IMG/VR virus record: IMGVR_UViG_2823732373_000001
Span: 1-64,000 of that record
Reading direction: 5' to 3' (one strand)
DNA: 64,000 nt
From: a virus
Taxonomy: Duplodnaviria > Caudoviricetes
The first letter of the stretch is position 1. Each line of letters opens with the position of its first letter. This document shows, one piece after another, positions 9,323 to 19,600 of the stretch. The notes beneath the pieces are model-generated. The model worked only from the letters and a program-made list of their open reading frames with translations. It was not told the origin of the DNA and made no database searches. The position numbers and the translations under genes were made by a program.

Positions 9323-10357
9323 ATGCAAAGCGATGTCTGGCAGCAACTTCTCGCCCTCGAAAGTGTTGATCTCGTCTCCAGCTGGCACAGTCGAATCCAT
9401 AGCCGTACCTTGAATCTGAAGCGCGCCACTGAAATCACTGCCTCCGCCAGACAGGCTCGAGAGTTCTTCAGAAATGCATCCAATTCAGATGACACCGTTC
9501 GCCCACTGCTTACTTTTTACGGGGTTGCCTCTTTAGCTCGATCGACCGTTCTCCTGCTGAAGCGTGATAACGGCGAGGAGAGCCTTGCTCCGGGGCATGG
9601 ACTTGAGGCCTGCGGATGGAAGAACACGATATCGGGGGAGCACTCGGAAGCCCTTCGGAACTTGGGCGAACTTCGCGTAGAGACACGCGCTGGCCTATAC
9701 ACCGACTTCTTGAGTGAAACAAGCAACCGCATATGCCTTCATGTGAACTCGTCAGCTGTTGATGGTCGATACCAATACCCTGATCCACCCTTCGGCGCTG
9801 GCTTCACGCTGCAAGACTTGCTGATACGGCTGCCGGATATCTCGCGGGAGATGTCTCAAGCAGGTATTCAGTCTCAAGTCGCCAACGTACAAACTGTCAA
9901 TTCCTCGGGCGAAAGCATCGTCATTGACGTATCTCGTTCTTCATTCGAACAGTTTGCCAATGAATACGCCGATCACGAGTGCGACGTTGTATGGCACTCT
10001 CCAGTTACGGCATCGATCAAGTTTCCCAATTCGGGCAACGACAGCTTTCAGCCGCAGTTCGCACACTCGTACCTAAGCAAGTCCTTTGGGTCGATACCGA
10101 ACTTGCACATCGTCAAACCCTTCGATGCTGAAACGCGACTTTCCCAACTCGCGATGACGTATTTGCTCGGTTATTACCTTGGAATGCTCACACGATATTT
10201 CCCCACTCACTGGATCGCGTTGCAACAGGGCACCCGAGGCGATGCACTGTGGCCTGCAATTCACGCCGCCCAGAAATACGTCGAACTCGTCTTCCCAGAA
10301 TTGGTGATTGAGCTTGTACTGGACATCGTGGACGGCAATTGGCAGAGGCTTGAATAA
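9323..10357 (+). CDS. YaaC-like protein (antisense moron)
   Basis: QAREFF...RPLLTFYG...HGL and LGMLTRYFP..W motifs; lower GC; opposite to late operon. Confidence 0.6.
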   Translation: MQSDVWQQLLALESVDLVSSWHSRIHSRTLNLKRATEITASARQAREFFRNASNSDDTVRPLLTFYGVASLARSTVLLLKRDNGEESLAPGHGLEACGWKNTISGEHSEALRNLGELRVETRAGLYTDFLSETSNRICLHVNSSAVDGRYQYPDPPFGAGFTLQDLLIRLPDISREMSQAGIQSQVANVQTVNSSGESIVIDVSRSSFEQFANEYADHECDVVWHSPVTASIKFPNSGNDSFQPQFAHSYLSKSFGSIPNLHIVKPFDAETRLSQLAMTYLLGYYLGMLTRYFPTHWIALQQGTRGDALWPAIHAAQKYVELVFPELVIELVLDIVDGNWQRLE

Positions 10358-10420
10358 GTGCTGACCGTGCAAGGGAGTCGGCCTACTTGGCAAACGTCCG
10401 CGCCCTCCCCCATCGCACAC

Positions 10421-12970
10421 CTACATTGTGAGCGCGACAACTTCAGCATCGCCGAGCTTCTGGGGGAAGTACTTCACGTCGCGGATGTGGAAGCACGGCT
10501 GATTGCTGCCCGAGCTGAGGCAGCCGAGGCCCAGGTGCGTAATGGTTGGAACCTTGGGGAGCGCCACTTTCAGGAGCGCGGAGTTGTCGCAAACGAAGCG
10601 CAGGCCGTCGACACCAAAACTCATCGCAACCTTGGCGTTCGGGCCAACCGGCAGTCTCGATCCTGTGCTCGCTCCCGAGACTCCGTCGACATTCGAGTAG
10701 GCGTAGACCCCGCCAGTGGCTTGGTACCCAAGGCCCACTCGGTTTGGAATCGACTGATTCCCAAACTCCAGCAGATTGCGCGTGGTGGTGTCGCCCATCT
10801 TCCCGACCCGAAACTCCATGCTGATGGTGCCTTCAGCGGGGTTGCACCAGCCCTTGCCAGCGTCGACGCGAACAGCGTCACCGCTACGGGTCACGGCTGC
10901 AGAGGTCGAGGCATCGGCAGACCGGGTCGTCGCTGCCGAAGTCGAGGTATCTGCAACCCGGGTCACCTGCGCCGTTGTGGTCGGGATGTAGCTGGTTGCC
11001 ACGGCCCCCTCTTCGATCTGGCCCTTGCAGACCCACACTGTCAAATCGCTGGTGAGAGCGCTGATCGGGTGAACCACTGGGTAAATGCTCCCGGACACCG
11101 CCGGAGTAATGTTCGGAGTGACCGTCCGGGAAAATCGGTCCACGTACCGGGGAGAGTTCGCGGCGTTGATGGTGAAGCCGCCCATCCCTGAGGAGCCGGT
11201 GTAGTACACGTTGATGGACTCGCTTCCGGTCAACGGCCTGCTCAGCTTCACATAGGCGCTTGTCGAATAGGCGGTCCCTGCGGTGACGTTCGCGCCCACG
11301 CCAGGACCGCCTTGCACACGGCTGCCCGAATACCCCACGGTGCTGGCCGATGTGAACGTCGCGGCCACACACGCTTCTCCGTCGATAGTCGCGCTCGCAA
11401 CCACAGGTGGCGTGGTTCCTCCTGCTGTGCCGACCGCGATCTGGCTGTTCAGCAGCAGGTTCGTGCTCTGCCCCTCCAGCAGCAGCCACGGTGCAATGGT
11501 CAAATCTGCTGGGTTGTAGGTCATTCGCGCAAAACCGGCAGCAGCGGTTTTCATCGCGCCGGTCGAGTCGAAGTAGGTGCCGATGGAGGCTCGGCTGGTG
11601 AAGGTCTCGGTGCTCGGGATGTAGCTGCTCGCGAAGGCACCTGCTTCGAGCTGGGCGCCCCAAACCTGGAAGGCTCCGCTATCAGCTCCGGCACCGAGGA
11701 TGCCTGCATAGACGGTCAACTGATCCCCGACTGTGATGCCAGACGCTTGCGTGTACGTGCAACGGAACCAGCCATTGCCGACGGGGCGCATTTCCCACCC
11801 AGCACCCGCGATAGAGGGATTGGCATCTGCCAACGTGCAAGCTCCGCCTACAAAGTTTGTTGCAGTGGTCGTGTTCCGCAGGAGGAGCGTGATCGGGGCA
11901 GTCCTCGACACGTTCTTCACGTAGATCGAGTACGTCATCACTGTCGCCGTCGCAATCTGATTCTGGGTGAACGGGCTTGTCGAGGCGCCCGAGATCTCGA
12001 CCGCCCGAAGCGTCCCATCGGGGGCCAACCTTCCTTGCGTTCGAACTGCCCCGCTCCAGGTCCAGGGAGCCAAATGCATGTCGCTGCTCTTCTGGAGAAT
12101 GTTCGTGCGCTGCTCTTCCAGCAGGAGCACCGGTGCGAGGGTCAAGCTCGACGGCTCGCGGCTGTTACGCGCCGCGCCGGCCGCTGCGTAGCGCATGACG
12201 CCATCGGCGTCGTAGTAGCTGCCGATGGAAGCTCGCCCCGTGAATGTCTCGGCGCTCGGGATGTGCGACGTGGAAAACGGCCCGATTTCGAGCTGTGCGC
12301 CCCAGATGTAAAGACCCGCCTCGCCGTCGCCCGGCCCAGACCCTGCAGCCGAGCCCGGAAAGATATGAACGATGAGCGAGGTGGACGCATCGCTCGTGAA
12401 AACGATCTCGACCCTGCGCCAGTCGTTGCCGACGTCGGTCACGCTCTTAGAGACAAGTACGAAGGCGCTGGTGCCTCCCACACTGCCGCCTGCGGTCAAC
12501 GTTGCCAAGCTGAAGGGGATGCTGACGACGTCGGCAGCCGCTGCGCCGCGCGCGAAGATCCACCCATTCGACGAACCGGCCGCCTTCGCATAGAACGAGT
12601 ATGCATAGGTCAACGCGGCTGCCGTTTTGGTGAGCGTCTGGACGACGCTTGCGTTACCAGCAGTCGCCCCACTATTGAGGAGCAACTTGCAGGCGTCCCA
12701 GCGACCGTTTGGCGCCCGTGCAGCGCCTGGCACAACGGTGACGCTTGCCTTGTTCCAGACAGGGTTCTCGAAGCGCGACGAGTACAGCAGCAGGTTGCTT
12801 CGCTGACCTTCGATCAGCAGGCCCTTCGCTGCCTTCGTCACGGGGTCGAAGTCAAAGCGCGGCGTGGCAGTCGGCTGAATCCAGCCTTGGGCGTTGACGG
12901 CGGTGCCGCCTGTGCCACCCGCATAGGCGAACAGTTCGGCAAAGGTCTTTTCGGTAAGCGTGGTGGACAT
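10421..12970 (-). CDS. Fibre/spike protein with three carbohydrate-binding-like modules and a LamG-like C-terminus
   Basis: Three LL.E.Q..N.L ... G(A)Q.E.G...S.IP units; position at end of tail operon. Confidence 0.8.
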   Translation of the reverse strand: MSTTLTEKTFAELFAYAGGTGGTAVNAQGWIQPTATPRFDFDPVTKAAKGLLIEGQRSNLLLYSSRFENPVWNKASVTVVPGAARAPNGRWDACKLLLNSGATAGNASVVQTLTKTAAALTYAYSFYAKAAGSSNGWIFARGAAAADVVSIPFSLATLTAGGSVGGTSAFVLVSKSVTDVGNDWRRVEIVFTSDASTSLIVHIFPGSAAGSGPGDGEAGLYIWGAQLEIGPFSTSHIPSAETFTGRASIGSYYDADGVMRYAAAGAARNSREPSSLTLAPVLLLEEQRTNILQKSSDMHLAPWTWSGAVRTQGRLAPDGTLRAVEISGASTSPFTQNQIATATVMTYSIYVKNVSRTAPITLLLRNTTTATNFVGGACTLADANPSIAGAGWEMRPVGNGWFRCTYTQASGITVGDQLTVYAGILGAGADSGAFQVWGAQLEAGAFASSYIPSTETFTSRASIGTYFDSTGAMKTAAAGFARMTYNPADLTIAPWLLLEGQSTNLLLNSQIAVGTAGGTTPPVVASATIDGEACVAATFTSASTVGYSGSRVQGGPGVGANVTAGTAYSTSAYVKLSRPLTGSESINVYYTGSSGMGGFTINAANSPRYVDRFSRTVTPNITPAVSGSIYPVVHPISALTSDLTVWVCKGQIEEGAVATSYIPTTTAQVTRVADTSTSAATTRSADASTSAAVTRSGDAVRVDAGKGWCNPAEGTISMEFRVGKMGDTTTRNLLEFGNQSIPNRVGLGYQATGGVYAYSNVDGVSGASTGSRLPVGPNAKVAMSFGVDGLRFVCDNSALLKVALPKVPTITHLGLGCLSSGSNQPCFHIRDVKYFPQKLGDAEVVALTM

Positions 12971-12981
12971 TTTTCTTCTTT

Positions 12982-13599
12982 TTATGGTCGCGGCACCATG
13001 CTGGTCTCTGGCCAACCCTGTGACATATCGTAGGCATCGACTTCCTCGATGGATCCAAGCAAGGCAATGGCTTCGTGGTGCGCTCTTTCAGCACTGAAAC
13101 ACGCCTGGACATGCAGAGCAATCCCCCGGGCTAGATCGCGAAGTGCCTCAAGATTCAGGCGAACCCAACCGCTGTCAGCCTTGAAGTCCACAGCATCGAT
13201 CCCTGCCGCGCTCGCATTGACGATCACCGAAGTAATGCGGTCCTGGTCGGCCTTGCCCGTCAGCACACGCACGCCGCCAAGCAGCGTGATGCCTCCGGTC
13301 TCGATCTCCCAGCGGCGGTGCGTGATCAGGTCGCGCAGGCCCTGGCGCCGATCCCCCAGCGTGCGCGGATCGGTCCAGGCGTGCGCGTCCCAGTCGAAGA
13401 CGTGGTGCTCGCTGGGCTGCGCGCCCATCGCGACCGCCTGCTGCGTGACCAGGTCAACATAGTGCCCATCGGGGATGGTGCCGATCAGGATGCATTCGTG
13501 GTTGCCAGCCGACTGAGCCTGGCAGCTTGCCTCGGTAGGCGCGGTGCCGCGCGCGATCACGCGGCCGGTCAATCTGTCGAAGGCGGTGTATTCGGGCAT
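12982..13599 (-). CDS. Tail fibre assembly-associated protein (DUF4376-like)
   Basis: RRWEIETGGI, FKADSGWV, HVQACFSAE motifs. Confidence 0.8.
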   Translation of the reverse strand: MPEYTAFDRLTGRVIARGTAPTEASCQAQSAGNHECILIGTIPDGHYVDLVTQQAVAMGAQPSEHHVFDWDAHAWTDPRTLGDRRQGLRDLITHRRWEIETGGITLLGGVRVLTGKADQDRITSVIVNASAAGIDAVDFKADSGWVRLNLEALRDLARGIALHVQACFSAERAHHEAIALLGSIEEVDAYDMSQGWPETSMVPRP

Positions 13600-13602
13600 G
13601 GA

Positions 13603-16600
13603 TTACCTCTGGCAGCTGAGAGCAAAAATGGAAGTGTTCGAACCAAGGAGCGTTCCAACAGCCGTGATGCTGTGTCCTCCCGGTGCGAGGTCCACAACCA
13701 CCGATCCGGTGACGGTTGACCCCGGCACGCCGCCGCCGATCCAGCGATTGACGCCGTCCACGCTGATCACCAGAAAGCCGCCACCGCCGCCACCCGCGCC
13801 TGGCGGAATGAACGTCGAGGCGGTGATGTACGTCGTGACCCAGGCGTTGTTGTTGTTGGGCACGTCGTGGTTGATGCCGGCAGTCGGCCCGCTCTCCGAA
13901 CGCGCCGTGGGCACCGTGATCGAGCGCCCCCGGACGTTGAGCGTGCCGATCACGTTGACCTGATCAATCGTCAAGCCGGTGTGATCGAGGACGAAGCCCG
14001 GCCCCCACAGACGGAATCTCCCGAACTGGGTCGCCGCGTGGTGCATGGTCAGACCGCACCCGGCGATGTTGAAGTTCACGAACATGGAGCCGTCCGGGTG
14101 CTGCGCCAGAATCCAGCCCCACTGCTCATCGAGCCACTTGTTTGCGCTGCGGACGTAACCCCAGTTGTCGCCAGCCATGTTCCCGTTGATGTTGATCTGG
14201 CCTGCGGTGATGTAGTTCAGCTTGGAGATCGTCGCGGTGAGCTGCTCGACGTCCAGCGAACGCGCCTTGATGGATCCGTCGATGAACATGTTGCCGTTCA
14301 CGCCGATGGAACTCACCCCGCCGATGCTGCCGACGATGAAGGGGTACTTGGTCTCCCCGTTCTCCCCCGGCTGCGCAATGGCGAAGCGATCCACCAGCGC
14401 TACGAAGTTGCTGGTCTGCCCGTTGCTGTCCAGCAGCAGGCCGGTGATCTTGCCGTTCGTATCCAGCGTCAGCTTCCAGGTGGCCTTGACCTTGCCGTCC
14501 AGCGCGGTCAAGGCCTGGGCGGTCGTGGTGATCGACGTCGTGTGACCGTCCACGGTGGCGCTCACACTGTTGATCGCGTCCGCATTGGCCGTGTCGGCCG
14601 TCGCGCGGGCCGTCCGCTCGTCCGTGATCGCGGCATTCAGCGTGGTGTGGTTGCTCGTGACCGTGGCGGCAAGCTGCTGCCGCGCGGCCACTTCCGCGGA
14701 GTCCGCCGTGGTGCGCGCCTGGCGCTCTTCGAACAGGATGCCGCTCGTGAGATTGGCCAGCGAGGCATTCGCCGGATCTGCGACGCCCAGGATCTTGGAC
14801 GACAGCGTCTGGCGTGCCGTGACCTCGGCCGCGTCCGCATTGGCGCGGGCCGTCTGTTCCGTGGCCATCGCAGCATCGGTGACCGTCTTGTTGCCTGCCA
14901 CGGTGGCTGCGAGTTGTTGCCGCGCCGTCACCTCGGCGGCATCTGCCGTGATGCGCGCCTGGCGCTCGTTGAACAACAGGCCCGAGGTAACAGAGGCAAT
15001 GTCGGTGCCGGTATACGTGCCCCGCATCTGCGTCTGGAAGGTCTCGCGGGCCGTCACCTCGGCGCTGTCGGCCGTGGCGCGGGCCGTCTGCTCTGCGGTG
15101 AGCGCAGCCGAGGCCTGTGCCTTGTTCGCGTTGACCACGGCTTCCAGCGCCTGACGGGCCGTCACCTCGACCGTGTCGGCCGTGATGCGCGCCTGGCGCT
15201 CCTCGTAGATCAGCCCGCTGGCCAGCGTGGGGCCGGTGGGTTTCTCCCAGACCTTGAACTGCTTGCTCACGAAGTTCAGGGCCAACGAGAGGCCGACCAC
15301 CGTGTCCAGGCTGCCCGAGGTGTCGGGCACGCCGGTCAGGGCAACGGACAGGCCCTGGCGCTGGATGGCTTCGGCATCGTCGGCCGTGGCACGCGCGGTG
15401 GCTTCGTTCTGTAGTGCTGCAGCGCCGGTCGTGGCGTTGTTGGTGACGGTCGCCTGCAGCGCCGTGATGGCGTTCGCATTGGCCGTGTCGGCAGTCGCAC
15501 GCAGGGTCTGCTCATTGACCAGCGCGGCATCGGAGGCGTTCTTGTTGTTGGTGACCGTCGCGGCCAGGGCCGTGCGTGCCGTGATCTCGGCGTTGTCGGC
15601 CGTGATGCGCGCCTGGCGTTCGCTGTAAATCAGGCCCGAAGTTACAGCGGCCACATCGGTGCCGGTGTAGTTGCCGCGCATCTGCGTCTGGAACGTCTCG
15701 CGCGCCGTCACCTCGGCGGTGTCGGCATTGGCGCGAGCGGTCTGCTCGGCCGTCAGCGCGGCATTGAGCGTAGCCTGATTGTTGGCCACCGTTGCGGCCA
15801 GGGCCTGGCGCGCCGTCACCTCGGCCGCGTCCGCATTGGCGCGAGTGGTCGCCTCGGTCTGCAAGGCAGCGTCCGAGGTGGTCTTGTTGGTGACCACCGT
15901 CGCGGCCAATTGCTGCCGTGCAGTGACTTCCGCCGCGTCGGCGCTCACCCGCGCATTGCGTTCGGATGCCAGCAGGCCGGAGGTCAGGCTCGCGATGTCG
16001 CCGCCGGCGTAGGTGCCGCGCAGCTGTGTGGCCAAGTTCTCGCGCGCCGTGATCTCGGCCGAGTCGGCGTTCGCGCGTGCTGCGACCTCGGCCGACAGCG
16101 CGGCGTTGGACGCACCCGGAGAGGGCCGGCCAATGGCGAGCCAATCGATCTCGAAGTAATCCGTGGCCGTCTGTGCCGCCGACAGGTCGATGCGGATCTG
16201 ATCGACAGAGACGAGCCAGCCGGGATTGACGGTCACCATGCCGATGCCCGCGCCGTCGTAGGTCGGCTCGGTCAGGGCGGCACTGCGGCCTGCAGCGAAT
16301 CCGGCATCGGCCGCTTCGCGCCAGAAGATGGTGCCGGCCCAGGCTGGCGCACCGACCTTGCGGATGCGCAGGCGCACCTGGCTGTAGGTCGACCCATTGA
16401 CGGCCACGCCGACCGGCGACACCGCATAGGGGTCAGTTGCGTGGTTCGCGGGGCGTAGCCACCCTGCCGTCGCCGTGGGTGCGCCGTTGCCGGTCCAGGC
16501 CTCCAGGCCGGAATCGAAGTACCAGATCTTGGCCGGATCGAACTGCTCGCCCACGCCGGCCGAGATCAGCGTGATCTGCTGGGCCAGCGCTTCGTCATTC

Positions 16601-19600
16601 GTGGCGCGTGCGGTGCGTTCTTGATAGAGCAGACCGCTGACGACCTGAGACAGATCCGAGCCGGTGTACCCGCCCGTCATCTGGGCCTGCAGCGTCTCGC
16701 GGGCCGAGACCTCGGCCGCGACAGCCGAGATCCGCGCCTGGCGCTCCTGGGCGATCAGGCCGCTGCCCAGTTGATTCAGTGACAGCGGCTCCCAGACGCG
16801 ATAGCTCGGGTCCGTGAAACTCGCCGTCAACGATGGCCCGTCGACGTAGGAGAGATCCGCCGCGACATCCTTGGTGCCGACCAGCGCGGCCGTGAGCGAC
16901 TCGCGGGTGCGCGCCTCGGCGGCATCGGCCGTGCTGCGAGCCGTGGCCTCGTTGCCGATGGCAGCGGTCAAGGTAGCGTCCGCCGCCTGCAGCTGCGTGG
17001 CCAACTGCTGGCGCGCCGTGACCTCTGCCGCATCCGCCGTGGCACGGGTGGTCGCTTCTGTCTGCAGGGCCGCATTCGTCACGCCCAGCGAGGCGTTGAG
17101 CGTGGTGATCTGAGTCGACAGGGACGTGTCGGCCTGCTGGCGCGTCGTGGCCTCTGCAGTGATCGCAGCATTGCGGTTGTTGGTCTCCGCCAGGAGTGCT
17201 GTCGCGCGCGCGTTCTGCTCGGCGGTGATTGCGGCTGCGCGGGTAGTTGCCTCGGCCGTCACGGCCGCCTGGCGGTCGGTCACTTCCTGCGAGACGGCCG
17301 CGATGCGCGCGTTGGTCTCCACCAGGTCTGCCGCCGCACGCGCCGTGGCCTCGGCGGTGATCGAGTTCGTCACCTGCGTGATCTGTTGCGTGCGAGTCTG
17401 CGCCTCGGACACCAGCGCCGCCGAGCGGGTGGATGCTTCTGTGTTGATCGCGGTGATCCGCGCCTGCGATTCGGCGGCCAGCGCCGCCACGCGGTCCTGG
17501 ACCTCCTTGGCAATGGCCTGGCCGGTGGCCTGGTCGACCTGCTTGAGTTCTTCGACCTGCTCGTTCAGTCCCTGCTCCAGCTCCTCCAGCGCCTCGTCGA
17601 TGCTGGGCAGCACCGTGAGCTGCACGTAGCCTGGTGCGCTGGTGTTGCCGCCCGCGTCGACCGCGCGCACCCAGTAGAGGTAGGTACCCGGCGCCTCTGT
17701 GCGGGTGAGCTGCCGGTCGGTGGGACGCGCGACCTCCACCGACTCCGCGAGGATTGGTCCACGGCTCACCAGGTAGAACGAGAGCGGTTGCGTGGTCCTG
17801 CAGTCCTGCCAGGCCAGCTCAGCCTCGTTGCGCCACACCATGCCGGTGACCACCGGCTGTGCGGGCGGCAAGATATCGATGGAAGCGGAGACCGGCACCG
17901 ACCATTCGTTCGAGGTGCTGCTATGCGAGGCCCATACGCGCACCGTGCCCGCCTGCAGCCATCCCAGCGGGGCCGAAGTGGCCTTGCCCGAGAAGACCTC
18001 GTTGGCAAGCTCCCAGGTAGCTCCGACGCGGATGCTGGTCGTGCTCCAGTCGAGCAGGTCCAGCCCGACCGGCTGGTCCCAACTGGCCACGATTCCGGTC
18101 GGTGTGATCGCCAGCGACAGACCTGACACGTCCTCGGGGCGCTCGCCCTTGCCGGTGACGGTGTGTTCCACCGTGACCCAGTTGCTGGACACGTAAGGCG
18201 TCTGGAAACGCACGCGCACCTGGTACTCGGTGCGTACGCCCAGTCCGAGGATGTAGGCCTCGACGGCATCGCCAGGCAGATCCGTGGTCTGCCATTCGCC
18301 CACGGGCACCACGGTGCGCCATTGAACGCGCACGGTGCCGCCCATGCGGACAGCGGCCGAGTTAGACAGGCCCCAGGTGACATGCACGCGCACGACGGCG
18401 GTGCCGCCCTGGACGACGATCTCGTCGGCACCCGAACGCACCGAGACGTCGAAGGGCGCATCTGGTACCAGGAACGGACTGGGCAGATTCGTATTCGGCG
18501 CCGGATCAGCGCGCACCTCGTCGGCCGTGTCGTAGAAGCTCGGCTCGTCCTCGATGATCTGGAACGCAAGCGGCGAAGTGGTTGAGTAAGTCCACTCCTG
18601 GATCCGGAAGGGCTTGTTGGTGAACCCGTAGAGCGCACTCGACAGAGTGATCCGATCGCCTGGCTGCAAGTGCCATGCCGACATCTTCGGGTTGATCTGC
18701 AGGACGAAGCCGCCACGGCTCTGCTCCACCAGCGTCCGAGCAATCTGGTGCGTGCGCGCGTGCGAGCCGGTGAACGTCAGTGCCAAGTCGAGGAACTTGT
18801 CCTTCGCGTCCGCGGCACGGAAGACGGGATTTTGGTACGGGGCGTAGTCTTCGGTGACGCCGTGTCGTGCCTGGTTGACGTAGCTGCCGCGTGCGCCGTT
18901 GTAACGCTGCGTGCCAGGGTTGCAGGTCTGCGCTACCACCACGGGGCCAAGCAGATCTGTGTCGGTGAGGGCCATGACCGGAGTGGTCCATGCACCGGCA
19001 AGGATGCGCCAGACACCACCCGACTCAAGGCTGTAGCCGGCCATCGCATCTTCGATCTGTTGACGCGTCGTGTCCCGGTCTTGGTCCGTGCGGAAGATGC
19101 CGTCGCAGGTGTAAAGGCGAGCATCGTTGCCGTACGTCGGGCCGTCACTCCAAGCCTCGCTCCCATACACGACCTGGTCGCAGGCGTTCGCGGCCGCGAT
19201 CAGGGAGTTCTGGTCTACCTGCTCGGGTAGCGCCATGTAGCCGGCCTCAGAGCGCAGGAAGTCGGCGAGGCAGATCGCAGGGTTGCGGGTGAACGCAACC
19301 GCGCCCGTGCGGGGGTCGTAGCAACGCTTGCCCTTCACCTTGGCGGTGAAGGTCGGCATGCCACTCTGGAAGCGTTCCAGCAACAGGTTGATGGTGATGA
19401 CCAGATAGGTGAAGCCAGTCAGCTTGTGGTTCGCTGTCCAGAGCGTGGGCTGGGAGCCCATGATGAAGGGGTCCGCGAAGTCCACGCCGCCGCGCGCCAA
19501 ATGCTCGCTTACGTGCACCGCGCTGCCGCCGCCGTCGACGCGGATAGTGACGTTGCCCGTCAGGCCCAGGTGGCTTTGATCGCCCATGAGAACGAAGCCT

